64,000 nucleotides of DNA, taken from an uncultured Bacilli bacterium. GTDB taxonomy: Bacteria > Bacillota_I > Bacilli_A > RF39 > UBA660. Each line of letters opens with the position of its first letter. Within the stretch, counting starts at the first letter, position 1. Location: positions 11,142 through 75,141 of the forward strand of contig CAKPEJ010000003.1 of the NCBI GenBank assembly GCA_934149325.1, written 5' to 3'. Positions 30,586 through 39,859 of this stretch are shown piece by piece. Below the pieces are notes generated by a model that had not been told where the DNA came from, ran no database searches, and was given only the letters and a program-made list of their open reading frames with translations. The translations under genes and the position numbers were made by a program.

Positions 30586-31578
30586 ATGTATATTTTAGCT
30601 AAGTCAGTTTTAGCCTTAATGATAGGTTTTATAGCATCTGTTTTACTAGGTCTTATCCTAGTACCATTACTTAAAAAAATTAAAGCAGATCAAACAACAA
30701 GTAGATTTGTAAAAGCTCATAAAGGAAAAAGTGGAACACCAACGATGGGTGGACTTATATTTACTTTATCAACTATAATTACTATATTTGCTTTATATAT
30801 TACTAACAAACTAAAAATATCTAGTAATTTAATCATTATCTTATTTGTATTTTTTGGTTATGGTCTTATAGGATTTGTTGATGATTTCTTAAAAATAAAG
30901 TATCAAAGTAATGAAAAAGGCTTAACAAGAATGCAAAAATTTATTGCTCAAACATTATTAGCAATTGTATTTTTCTATATTTATATAAGAAATGGATCAA
31001 ATCCTATAATAGAGATATATGCATTAAATTTAGAGATTAATTTAGGATTTATGTATGGTTTCTTTATCTTGTTTATGTTAGTTGGAACAAGTAATGCTGT
31101 AAATTTAACAGATGGACTTGATGGACTTGCTGCAGGGTTATCAGCTATTGCATTTTTAGTATATGGTATGATTGCATGGAACTCAGGATGGCTTTCAGGA
31201 TATGATGATGTAGCGGTATTTTGTTTTATATTAGTAGGTGGATTACTTGGATTTTTAGTATTTAATGCTCATCCTGCTAAAGTGTTTATGGGAGACACAG
31301 GATCTTTAGCATTAGGTGGAACACTTGCAACACTTGCAATTCTTACACATCGTGAAGTTTCTTTAATTGTTATTGGTGGTGTATTTGTTTTAGAAACATT
31401 ATCAGTTATTTTACAAATAGCATCAGTAAAATTAAGAGGTAAAAAAATCTTTCCAATGACTCCAATTCATCATTCTTTTGAAAAATGGGGATGGAAAGAA
31501 CCAGATATCGTCAGATTATTTTATGTAATAGGATTTATACTAGGTGCAGGAGCACTAGTATATGGTGTTTGGATTTAA
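30586..31578 (+). CDS. mraY: Phospho-N-acetylmuramoyl-pentapeptide transferase MraY
   Basis: NAVNLTDGLDGLA, MGDTGSLALGG. Confidence 0.9.
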   Translation: MYILAKSVLALMIGFIASVLLGLILVPLLKKIKADQTTSRFVKAHKGKSGTPTMGGLIFTLSTIITIFALYITNKLKISSNLIIILFVFFGYGLIGFVDDFLKIKYQSNEKGLTRMQKFIAQTLLAIVFFYIYIRNGSNPIIEIYALNLEINLGFMYGFFILFMLVGTSNAVNLTDGLDGLAAGLSAIAFLVYGMIAWNSGWLSGYDDVAVFCFILVGGLLGFLVFNAHPAKVFMGDTGSLALGGTLATLAILTHREVSLIVIGGVFVLETLSVILQIASVKLRGKKIFPMTPIHHSFEKWGWKEPDIVRLFYVIGFILGAGALVYGVWI

Positions 31579-32666
31579 TGAAAAAATTCGATTATAAATT
31601 ATTTGTACTCGTAGTATTATTATCAATATTTGGAATAGTTATGATTTTTTCTTCATCAGCTATATGGGCTGAATATAAATTTGACGATAAATATAGATTT
31701 TTAAAACTACAGAGCCTATTTTTTATAATTGGTATAATAGCAACAATCATAATATCAAAAGTAGATTATAAGAACTATTTAAAGAAAGCAAATGTTATAT
31801 TACTAGTTTGCTTTCTTTTATTAATTTTAGTATTAATACCTGGTATAGGAACACTTAGAAATGGTTCTAGAAGTTGGTTTGGAATAGGTGGACTTGGTGT
31901 TCAACCTAGTGAATTTATGAAACTTGGTATAATAATATTTGCAAGTAAATATTTAAGTAATTATCCAAAAGATATTAAAGATATAAAAAAAGGTGTATTT
32001 CCTATATTATTTTTAACCTTTTTAGTATTTGGACTTATAATGCTTCAACCGGATCTTGGAACAGGAGCAATAATATTAGTAACTGTAATTGGTTTGTTAT
32101 TTGTATCTGGTGTTGATATGACTTTCTTTGCAAGGATAATAGGTCTTGGATTGATAGGTTTATCAGCTCTTATAATAGCAGCACCATATAGAATAAAAAG
32201 AATAGTAGCATTTTTAAATCCATGGAGTGATCCACTTGGTTCAGGATTTCAATCTATTCAATCATTATATGCAATAGGTCCAGGAGGGCTCTTAGGAATG
32301 GGATTATTTAATTCTGTACAAAAGCATTTTTATCTTCCAGAACCACAAACAGATTTTATATTTTCAATAATTAGCGAGGAACTTGGTATTCTTGGTATAG
32401 TATTAGTTGCTACGTTGTTTATAAGTATAATATATAGATGTTTAAAAATATCCATTAACTGTAATGATTTGTTTGGAAAATATTTAGCATTTGGTATAAC
32501 ATTTCAATTAACATTTCAAACTCTTTTAAACTTAGCAGTAGTAGTTGGTTTAGTACCAATAACTGGCGTCACACTTCCATTTTTAAGCTATGGGGGATCA
32601 AGTCTTATAATTACATTGTGTAGTATAGGAATAATTTTAAATATAAGTAGACATCAAAATAAATGA
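31578..32666 (+). CDS. ftsW: FtsW/SpoVE-family lipid II flippase/peptidoglycan glycosyltransferase
   Basis: Start MKKFDYKLF overlaps the mraY stop (ATGA). SEDS-family polytopic protein (…PEPQTDFIFS…). Confidence 0.85.
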   Translation: MKKFDYKLFVLVVLLSIFGIVMIFSSSAIWAEYKFDDKYRFLKLQSLFFIIGIIATIIISKVDYKNYLKKANVILLVCFLLLILVLIPGIGTLRNGSRSWFGIGGLGVQPSEFMKLGIIIFASKYLSNYPKDIKDIKKGVFPILFLTFLVFGLIMLQPDLGTGAIILVTVIGLLFVSGVDMTFFARIIGLGLIGLSALIIAAPYRIKRIVAFLNPWSDPLGSGFQSIQSLYAIGPGGLLGMGLFNSVQKHFYLPEPQTDFIFSIISEELGILGIVLVATLFISIIYRCLKISINCNDLFGKYLAFGITFQLTFQTLLNLAVVVGLVPITGVTLPFLSYGGSSLIITLCSIGIILNISRHQNK

Positions 32667-32711
32667 TTTATAAAAATTGCAAAGATATAAAAAATATGTT
32701 ATTATGTATGT

Positions 32712-32821
32712 AGCAAGAAATCTTGCATAAAATAAAAAAGGGAACATTCAATTTCGCAAGTGAATGTCATCCTTAATTGAAATGGTATGACACTCTACGT
32801 ATGAAGAGTGTCTATTTTTTT
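32712..32821 (+). ncRNA. Candidate antisense (antitoxin-like) sRNA, unit 1
   Basis: Promoter TTGCAA(32677)-N17-TATTAT(32700). Hairpins gcaagaaatcttgc and acattcaa..ttgaatgt. Terminator gacactct..agagtgtc followed by T8. Confidence 0.45.
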
Positions 32822-32904
32822 ATTGCTAGTACCAGTAAGGTAGATAGTAGTAAAATTATAGAAATGTACTTAAGAACTTTTAAGATAAAAGTTTTAGTTT
32901 TCAT
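32812..32904 (-). CDS. Type I toxin-like small hydrophobic peptide (30 aa) MKTKTFILKVLKYISIILLLSTLLVLAIKK
   Basis: RBS AGGAGG. Own promoter TTGCAC-N17-TACAAT on the minus strand (32968-32996). The 5' UTR carries CCTCCT, which can pair with the SD. The 3' end overlaps the convergent sRNA. Confidence 0.45.
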   Translation of the reverse strand: MKTKTFILKVLKYISIILLLSTLLVLAIKK

Positions 32905-33078
32905 TATTCTACCTCCTTTCTTATAAAGAATAGGAGGACGACACTCACATTAAATGTTCCTGTAAACATTGTAGCAAACAAATGTTTAATGTGCAATTAG
33001 TTTAATAAAAATTCATAAATAAAAATGATGTAATTTATAAAAATTGCAAAGAAATAAAAAATATGTTATTATGTATGT

Positions 33079-33194
33079 AGCAAGAAATCTTGCATAAAAT
33101 AAAAAAGGGAACATTCAATTTGCTAAGTTGAATGTCTACCAAAATGTTTTTTGAAGGCACTTATCTTTGCAAGAGATGAGTGCCATTTTTATTT
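33079..33194 (+). ncRNA. Candidate antisense sRNA, unit 2
   Basis: Promoter TTGCAA(33044)-N17-TATTAT(33067). Terminator ggcacttatct..agatgagtgcc followed by a T-run. Confidence 0.45.
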
Positions 33195-33204
33195 ATAGGT
33201 AATA

Positions 33205-33288
33205 CTACTTCAATACTATGAAGAGTAAAGCTATTAATAAGATGATAACAGTGAGTAAGATAGAAATTAAAAAATCTTTCTTAGACAT
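33205..33288 (-). CDS. Type I toxin-like small hydrophobic peptide (27 aa) MSKKDFLISILLTVIILLIALLFIVLK
   Basis: RBS GAGGAGG. Minus-strand promoter TTGCAC-N17-TATAAT (33356-33384). Confidence 0.45.
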   Translation of the reverse strand: MSKKDFLISILLTVIILLIALLFIVLK

Positions 33289-33466
33289 ATATCAATAACC
33301 TCCTCTCTATAAAGAGTAAGAGGTAGACACTCAACAATTAAATGTTCCTGTAAATATTATAGCAAACAAATGTTTAGTGTGCAATTAGTTTAATAAAAAT
33401 TCATAAATAAAAATGATGTGATTTATAAAAATTGCAAAGAAATAAAAAATATGTTATTATGTATGT

Positions 33467-33582
33467 GGCAAGAAACCTTGCATAAAATAAAAAAGGGAAC
33501 ATTCAATTTGCTAAGTTGAATGTCTACCAAAATGTTTTTTGAAGGCACTTATCTTTGCAAGAGATGAGTGCCATTTTTATTT
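33467..33582 (+). ncRNA. Candidate antisense sRNA, unit 3 (identical to unit 2)
   Basis: Promoter TTGCAA(33432)-N17-TATTAT. Confidence 0.45.
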
Positions 33583-33592
33583 ATAGGTAATA

Positions 33593-33676
33593 CTACTTCA
33601 ATACTATGAAGAGTAAAGCTATTAATAAGATGATAACAGTGAGTAAGATAGAAATTAAAAAATCTTTCTTAGACAT
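33593..33676 (-). CDS. Type I toxin-like small hydrophobic peptide (27 aa), unit 3 copy
   Basis: Identical to the 33205-33288 ORF. Confidence 0.45.
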   Translation of the reverse strand: MSKKDFLISILLTVIILLIALLFIVLK

Positions 33677-33854
33677 ATATCAATAACCTCCTCTCTATAA
33701 AGAGTAAGAGGTAGACACTCAACAATTAAATGTTCCTGTAAATATTATAGCAAACAAATGTTTAGTGTGCAATTAGTTTAATAAAAATTCATAAATAAAA
33801 ATGATGTGATTTATAAAAATTGCAAAGAAATAAAAAATATGTTATTATGTATGT

Positions 33855-33960
33855 GGCAAGAAACCTTGCATAAAATAAAAAAGGGAACATTCAATTTTGC
33901 AAGTGAATGTCGTCTCATAAGTTGGGAGACACTCTACATATGCAGAGTGTTTATTTTTTT
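33855..33960 (+). ncRNA. Orphan sRNA copy (unit 4, unit-1-type) without a cognate peptide gene
   Basis: Promoter TTGCAA(33820)-N17-TATTAT(33843). Terminator acactct..agagtgt followed by T8. Overlaps the spurious track ORF 33806-34000. Confidence 0.4.
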
Positions 33961-34018
33961 ATTTATAGACGATACTGTTTTTTATATAATTATAACGTGA
34001 TATAAGGGAGGTTTTAAA

Positions 34019-34606
34019 ATGTTAGATACAGAATTACAACAATTAAGAGATAAATATAATTCATTAATAGAAGAAAAAGAAAGATTGATTGATTTATCTA
34101 ATAAAATAAAAGAACTAAAAAAGTTACCTGTTATACAGGAATATTTAGAATCTACAAAAGAGTATAAACAAATTAGGTCTAAAGATTATACGAATGATGG
34201 ATTAGAAAATCAACCTAATTCATATTTTGTAAGAAATGCTTTTAGCCATTTAGATATTACTCCTAGAAATGACTATTTTGTTTATATGGGAACTTATAGA
34301 CATACAACTGAAGTTGATATTGAACATGGAGCAAATGATATTGAAGTAAGTCGAAATGACAAAAGCGCTGATTATGTTATTTATTATAATTTGGAAGCTA
34401 GAACTCATAGTATTGATTCAAGTGTTATTATTCCTTATTCTGAAGCTGATAAATTTGAGTCAACTCATAAAATTATATTTCCAAAAAATACATTATTTAA
34501 AGAAAAGTATTTTTATGATTTACAAGACGAATACTATGAAACAGCAATCTTAGAATCTCAAGAAGAAGCTATTAATAAAATTAATAAATTAGTAAGAAAA
34601 GAATAG
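34019..34606 (+). CDS. Hypothetical protein (N-terminal coiled coil)
   Basis: RBS GGGAGG; no recognisable motifs. Confidence 0.3.
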   Translation: MLDTELQQLRDKYNSLIEEKERLIDLSNKIKELKKLPVIQEYLESTKEYKQIRSKDYTNDGLENQPNSYFVRNAFSHLDITPRNDYFVYMGTYRHTTEVDIEHGANDIEVSRNDKSADYVIYYNLEARTHSIDSSVIIPYSEADKFESTHKIIFPKNTLFKEKYFYDLQDEYYETAILESQEEAINKINKLVRKE

Positions 34607-34737
34607 ATTTATTCTTTTTTTTGTAAATGAATTAATTATTTTAAATGGACTGAATAATATTAAATATATTAAAAAAAATTTATAATATAAAAAAGTTTGA
34701 TATAATTATTATAGTTATTATCATAAGGAGGTATTGA

Positions 34738-34892
34738 TAATAATGAGCGCCAGACCATTTAATTGGTGACGAGGTTGATAGATAATCGAAAATTCGGCGG
34801 ATTCTATCACGGGTAAGTACTCGTTAGATATATAACAAAAAATAAAATCAAAATTATAACAAAGTATATATCAAACAAAAAAAGAAAGAGGT
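34738..34892 (+). ncRNA. glmS ribozyme (GlcN6P-sensing riboswitch) in the glmS 5' UTR
   Basis: AGCGCCAGACC...GGTGACGAGG...ATAATCGAAAATTCGGCGGATTC...CACGGG matches the conserved glmS ribozyme core (AGCGCC cleavage-site region; GACGAGG; UCGAAUUUUCGGCGGAU). Confidence 0.8.
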
Positions 34893-34899
34893 ATAAATT

Positions 34900-36717
34900 A
34901 TGTGTGGAATTGTTGGATACATAGGAAAGAATGAAAAGGGAAAAGATGTAGTTATAAAAGGTCTTGAAAGATTAGAGTACAGAGGTTATGATTCGGCAGG
35001 TATTGCGTTTGAAAAAAATAACGAAGTAATCGTTCAAAAAGAAAAAGGAAAAATTGAAAACTTAAAAAAGAAGATAGATTTTAATGATAAAACTAATGTA
35101 GCTATTGGACATACAAGATGGGCAACTCATGGTGAAGCTAATAAAAAGAATTCTCATCCTCATAAATTTGGTAAAATAACCATTGTTCATAATGGAATAA
35201 TAGAAAATTATATAGAGCTTAAAGAAAAACTAAAGGAATATGGGTATGAATTAAAATCAGATACTGATACTGAAGTTGCAGCAGCACTTTTAAATCATTT
35301 ATATAAAATTACTGGAAATATATATGCATCTATTACTTTATTTAAAGAATATGTTAAAGGTTCATATGCAATAGGAGTACTTTGTGATGATGATTTAAGT
35401 AAACTATATGCAATTAAAAAAAATAGTCCGTTAATAATAGGTGTAGGAGTGGGTGAAAATCATATAGCATCAGATGTACCAGCTATTTTAGATTTTACTA
35501 ATAAGTATATAATTTTAGAAGATGGTGAATTTGCTATAATTGAATCAGACAGAATAAAAGTATATGATAAAGAAAATGTTCTTACTACTAAAAATGTTAA
35601 AGAATTTGACGGAGTAAGTAATGATATAGAAAAAAATGGTTATGAAAAGTATATGGAGAAAGAAATTCACGAACAACCAGAAGTATTTAAAAAGATGATG
35701 ACTGAATATATAGACAGAGAAGAAAATGATATTAAAAATGGTCTTATAGATTTATCAAAATATAAAAATATTACAATTGTTGCATGTGGAAGTGCAATGC
35801 ATGCAGGTTTAGTTGGAAAAAATTTAATAGAAAAATATGGTGATATACCAGTAAATGTTGAAATTGCGAGTGAATTTAGATATAAAAAATTATTTATAGA
35901 TAAAGATACATTAGTTATTGCAGTATCACAATCAGGTGAAACAGCTGATACATTAGAAGCTGTTAAAATAGCAAACGAAAAAGGTTGTGATACTTTAGGA
36001 ATTGTTAATGTTAAAGAAAGTTCAATTGCTAGGGAAACATCAAAGGTATTATATACAAAAGCAGGAATAGAGGTAGCAGTTGCAACAACAAAAGCATACT
36101 CTGCTCAGGTTACATTGCTTTCATTTTTAGCATATAGCCTTGCAAAGAAAAGTAATGATAAAGAGGTATTGAATCAAATTAATACATTTTTAAGTGATTT
36201 AAATAAATTACCGGTTCAAATGAGAGAAATACTAAATAATAAGGAAGAGTATAAAGAATTAGCAAATTCTATTTATAATAATGAAAATATATTTTTTGTA
36301 GGTCGCGGTATAGATGAAGCATTATGTATGGAAGGTTCTTTAAAATTAAAGGAAATATCATATATTCATAGTGAAGCTTATCCTGCTGGAGAATTAAAAC
36401 ATGGTACAATTTCTCTAATAGATAAAGATACTCCAGTTGTAGGAATAGTAACTGATGAAAAAATTGCTGATAAAACAATTAGTAATTTAAAGGAAGTAAA
36501 ATCAAGAGGAGCAAATGTAATTTATTTAACTACAGAAAATTTAAATAAAAATGGAGATTTTTATGATAAAAAGATAATAATTCCAGATACCAATTCTTTA
36601 CTTCAACCACTTTTAACTATATTACCACTTCAACTTGTAGCTTATTACGTCGCTAAAAATAGAAATTGTGATATAGATAAACCTAAAAATCTTGCAAAAT
36701 CAGTAACTGTTGAATAA
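34900..36717 (+). CDS. glmS: Glutamine--fructose-6-phosphate aminotransferase
   Basis: MCGIVGYIG N-terminal nucleophile; two SIS domains; 605 aa. Confidence 0.95.
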   Translation: MCGIVGYIGKNEKGKDVVIKGLERLEYRGYDSAGIAFEKNNEVIVQKEKGKIENLKKKIDFNDKTNVAIGHTRWATHGEANKKNSHPHKFGKITIVHNGIIENYIELKEKLKEYGYELKSDTDTEVAAALLNHLYKITGNIYASITLFKEYVKGSYAIGVLCDDDLSKLYAIKKNSPLIIGVGVGENHIASDVPAILDFTNKYIILEDGEFAIIESDRIKVYDKENVLTTKNVKEFDGVSNDIEKNGYEKYMEKEIHEQPEVFKKMMTEYIDREENDIKNGLIDLSKYKNITIVACGSAMHAGLVGKNLIEKYGDIPVNVEIASEFRYKKLFIDKDTLVIAVSQSGETADTLEAVKIANEKGCDTLGIVNVKESSIARETSKVLYTKAGIEVAVATTKAYSAQVTLLSFLAYSLAKKSNDKEVLNQINTFLSDLNKLPVQMREILNNKEEYKELANSIYNNENIFFVGRGIDEALCMEGSLKLKEISYIHSEAYPAGELKHGTISLIDKDTPVVGIVTDEKIADKTISNLKEVKSRGANVIYLTTENLNKNGDFYDKKIIIPDTNSLLQPLLTILPLQLVAYYVAKNRNCDIDKPKNLAKSVTVE

Positions 36718-36771
36718 AAATATGTAAATAATCTACATATTTTTTTCTTTATGGTATAATAATTATAGGAG

Positions 36772-37995
36772 TTGAAGTTAATGAATAAAGTTGCAATTGT
36801 AGGTGCAGGAGCATCAGGTTTAGTAGCGGCAATATATGCTAAAAATAGTAATAATGATGTATATATTTTAGAAAAAAACGAAGAGTGTGGTAAAAAAATA
36901 TTAGTAACAGGAAATGGGAGATGTAATTATTTTAATGATGATCAAGATTTAAAGCATTATTATTCTAAAATAAATCTAGATGGTTTAATAAATAAGAAGA
37001 ATTTAGATGAAGTAGAAAAATTTTTCCTATCAATTGGTATTGTTCCTAAAATAAAAAATGGCTATTACTATCCATATTCAAACCAAGCAAGTTCTATTAA
37101 AAAGGCTTTAGAAAATGAGGTTAAAAGATTAAATATAAAAATTATTAATAATTTTGAAGCTATTAATATTAAAAAAATAAATAATGAATTTTTGATTTAT
37201 TCAAATAATGAAGTTTTAAAGTTTGATAAAGTAATTTTATCTACTGGATCAAAAGCATATCCTAAAACAGGTTCAGTAGGTGATGGATACATCTTTGCTA
37301 AAAATTTTGGTCATAATATAATAGATGTTTTACCATCATTAACTCAATTAAGAAGTAATAAAAAATATTTTAAGAAATTAAGTGGAATTAGATGTGATGC
37401 TAATTTAAAATTATATGAGAATGGAAATTTTATTAAAGAAGAAGATGGAGAACTTCAATTAACTAATTATGGTATAAGTGGAATATGTACATTTAATTTA
37501 AGTGGTTTTGTATCAAGAGGATTATCAGAAGGAAAAAAAGAGGAAATAATTATTAATTTTATTCCTATGTTAAAGGCAGAAAATATTTCTGATGTAATAG
37601 ATTATTTAGATAATAGAAATAAAATACTAAAAAATAGAAAATTGGATGATCTTTTTATAGGTTTGTTAAATGATAAACTTATTTATTGCTTATTAGAAAT
37701 ATCAGATATTGATAAAAATAAATATTTTAATGATTTAAGTGATTATGAAAAAAGAAAATTATCAGAAAATTTATGTTTTTTCAAAGTTAATATTGATGAA
37801 ACTAATTCTTTTGATAGTGCACAAGTTTGTACAGGTGGGATAGATTTAAAAGAGGTAAATTTAAATAGTATGGAATCTAAAATAGTAAGTGGTTTATATT
37901 TTTCAGGTGAAATACTTGATGTAGATGGTGAATGTGGTGGATATAATCTTACATTTGCTTGGGTAACGGGCATGGTTGCTGGTAAAAATGTGTAG
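36772..37995 (+). CDS. HI0933-family FAD flavoprotein (BaiN/aminoacetone-oxidase-like)
   Basis: VAIVGAGASGLVAAI Rossmann motif and a C-terminal GECGGYNLTFAWVTG region. Confidence 0.7.
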   Translation: MKLMNKVAIVGAGASGLVAAIYAKNSNNDVYILEKNEECGKKILVTGNGRCNYFNDDQDLKHYYSKINLDGLINKKNLDEVEKFFLSIGIVPKIKNGYYYPYSNQASSIKKALENEVKRLNIKIINNFEAINIKKINNEFLIYSNNEVLKFDKVILSTGSKAYPKTGSVGDGYIFAKNFGHNIIDVLPSLTQLRSNKKYFKKLSGIRCDANLKLYENGNFIKEEDGELQLTNYGISGICTFNLSGFVSRGLSEGKKEEIIINFIPMLKAENISDVIDYLDNRNKILKNRKLDDLFIGLLNDKLIYCLLEISDIDKNKYFNDLSDYEKRKLSENLCFFKVNIDETNSFDSAQVCTGGIDLKEVNLNSMESKIVSGLYFSGEILDVDGECGGYNLTFAWVTGMVAGKNV

Positions 37996-38003
37996 GTGAA
38001 GTT

Positions 38004-39578
38004 ATGGTTAGAATAAGAGAATTAAATATATCTATAGATGATGATTCTATGGATAAAATAAAAGAAAAAATAATAAAAAAATATAAATTAAATAAAGATG
38101 ATATAAAAAATATAAAAATTGTAAAGAAATCTATTGATGCTAGAAGAAAAAATAACGTTCATTATGTTTATGAACTTGATATATCTTTAGAAAATGAAGA
38201 TAAAATATTAAAATATGGTAATGCAATTTTATCACCAAATGAAGATTTTGTTTTTAATATAACAGGAAAAGAAAAAATGAAGAATAGAATTATAATAGTT
38301 GGTTCTGGTCCTGCAGGGTTATTTTGTGCATATATTCTTGCAGAAAATGGATATAAACCTCTTGTTATAGAAAGGGGAGAAAAAGTAGAAGACAGAGTTA
38401 AAACTGTTAATAAGTTTTTTTCATCTGGTATTCTTTCATTTTCTTCCAATGTTCAATTTGGTGAAGGTGGAGCAGGTACTTTTTCTGATGGTAAATTAAA
38501 TACATTAGTAAAAGATAAAGAGTTTATTGGAAAAAAAGTATTTGAAATTTTTGTAAAAAATGGTGCGCCTAGTGAAATAATGTATGAAAATAATCCACAT
38601 ATTGGAACTGATATATTAGTTGATGTAGTAAAAAATATAAGAAATGATATTATAAGTATGGGTGGTGAATTTTCATATAATTCATGTTTAACTGATTTAA
38701 TTATAGAAGACAATAAATTAAAACAAATAGTGATAAATAATTCTGATATTATAGAGTGTGATAATTTAATTTTGGCAATAGGTCATAGTGCAAGAGATAC
38801 ATTTAAAATGCTTTATGAAAAAGGAATAAGTATGAGTCCAAAAAGTTTTGCGGTTGGTATTAGAATTCAACATCCACAAGAATTTATTAATAAAAACCAA
38901 TATGGAGAATTCTATAAAAAATTACCTCCAGCCAATTATAAATTAACATATAAATCAAAAAGTGGGAGAGGTGTATATTCTTTTTGCATGTGTCCTGGTG
39001 GATATGTTGTAAATTCTTCGTCAGAAGAAGGAAGATTAGTTATTAATGGTATGAGTAATTACAAAAGAGATAGTATAAATGCAAATAGTGCATTAGTAGT
39101 AACGGTTAGTGAAACTGATTTTGGTTTTCATCCATTAGATGGTTTAAAATTTCAGCAAACTCTTGAAGAAGCAGCTTTTAAATGTGGAAAAGGTAAAATA
39201 CCTACACAATTACTTTCTGACTTTTATGAAAATAAAATAAGTGATAAGATAAAAAGCGTTAATCCTGTATTTAAAGGAGATTATAATTTTTCAAATATAA
39301 ATGATATATTACCAAAATATATTTGTAATGATTTAAAAGAAGCAATAAAATATTTTGATACAAAAATAAAAGGTTATAATATGAATGATGCAATTATTTC
39401 TGCTGTAGAAAGTAGAACATCATCTCCTATTAGAATAAAAAGAGATGAATTATATATGTCTAATATAAAAGGAATATATCCAATAGGTGAAGGTGCTGGA
39501 TATTCAGGTGGTATTACAACATCTTCAATGGATGGGGTAAGAATGGCTAAATGTATCGCAAAAATATATAGGTGCTAA
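38004..39578 (+). CDS. FAD-dependent protein (COG2509-like NAD(FAD)-utilising dehydrogenase)
   Basis: IIIVGSGPAGLFCAY dinucleotide-binding motif; ~520 aa. Confidence 0.6.
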   Translation: MVRIRELNISIDDDSMDKIKEKIIKKYKLNKDDIKNIKIVKKSIDARRKNNVHYVYELDISLENEDKILKYGNAILSPNEDFVFNITGKEKMKNRIIIVGSGPAGLFCAYILAENGYKPLVIERGEKVEDRVKTVNKFFSSGILSFSSNVQFGEGGAGTFSDGKLNTLVKDKEFIGKKVFEIFVKNGAPSEIMYENNPHIGTDILVDVVKNIRNDIISMGGEFSYNSCLTDLIIEDNKLKQIVINNSDIIECDNLILAIGHSARDTFKMLYEKGISMSPKSFAVGIRIQHPQEFINKNQYGEFYKKLPPANYKLTYKSKSGRGVYSFCMCPGGYVVNSSSEEGRLVINGMSNYKRDSINANSALVVTVSETDFGFHPLDGLKFQQTLEEAAFKCGKGKIPTQLLSDFYENKISDKIKSVNPVFKGDYNFSNINDILPKYICNDLKEAIKYFDTKIKGYNMNDAIISAVESRTSSPIRIKRDELYMSNIKGIYPIGEGAGYSGGITTSSMDGVRMAKCIAKIYRC

Positions 39579-39579
39579 T

Positions 39580-39846
39580 ATGAATCAAGATAAAATTAAT
39601 AAAATATTTGATAATGTTCAAAGTATAGGACATTTAATAATCAATTTTGTATTTGCTTTATTTTTAATTATAGTAATAATACTTTCAAAAAATATTTTGT
39701 TTTTTATATTATTATTTCCACTTGTTTTAGTAATTGTTTTTAACGTAGTTAAATTCTTTATTAGAGATAATAAAATTATAGATGTTTTATATGATATATT
39801 ATTATTTATAATTTTTTTGGAAATTTTGTTATATATAATAAAATAA
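39580..39846 (+). CDS. Small membrane protein, hypothetical
   Basis: 88 aa with two or three TM segments. Confidence 0.25.
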   Translation: MNQDKINKIFDNVQSIGHLIINFVFALFLIIVIILSKNILFFILLFPLVLVIVFNVVKFFIRDNKIIDVLYDILLFIIFLEILLYIIK

Positions 39847-39859
39847 AAAGATGAATAAA

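Larger units (their letters stand above)
32667..33962. repeat. Tandem array (3 complete units + 1 partial; period 367-388 bp) of type I toxin-antitoxin-like modules
   Basis: Units start at 32667, 33035, 33423 and 33811. Units 2 and 3 are identical; units 1 and 4 carry a second variant of the RNA. Confidence 0.85.

Noticed and set aside
32667-33962. The repeat array could be a CRISPR array or a minisatellite
   Set aside because: The period is about 388 bp, not 60-70 bp. Each unit contains promoters, terminators and a small ORF with an RBS, and there is no short direct-repeat/spacer alternation.
33806-34000. Track ORF of 64 aa
   Set aside because: It lies over the unit-4 promoter, RNA and terminator and has no RBS. 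It is an AT-rich chance ORF.
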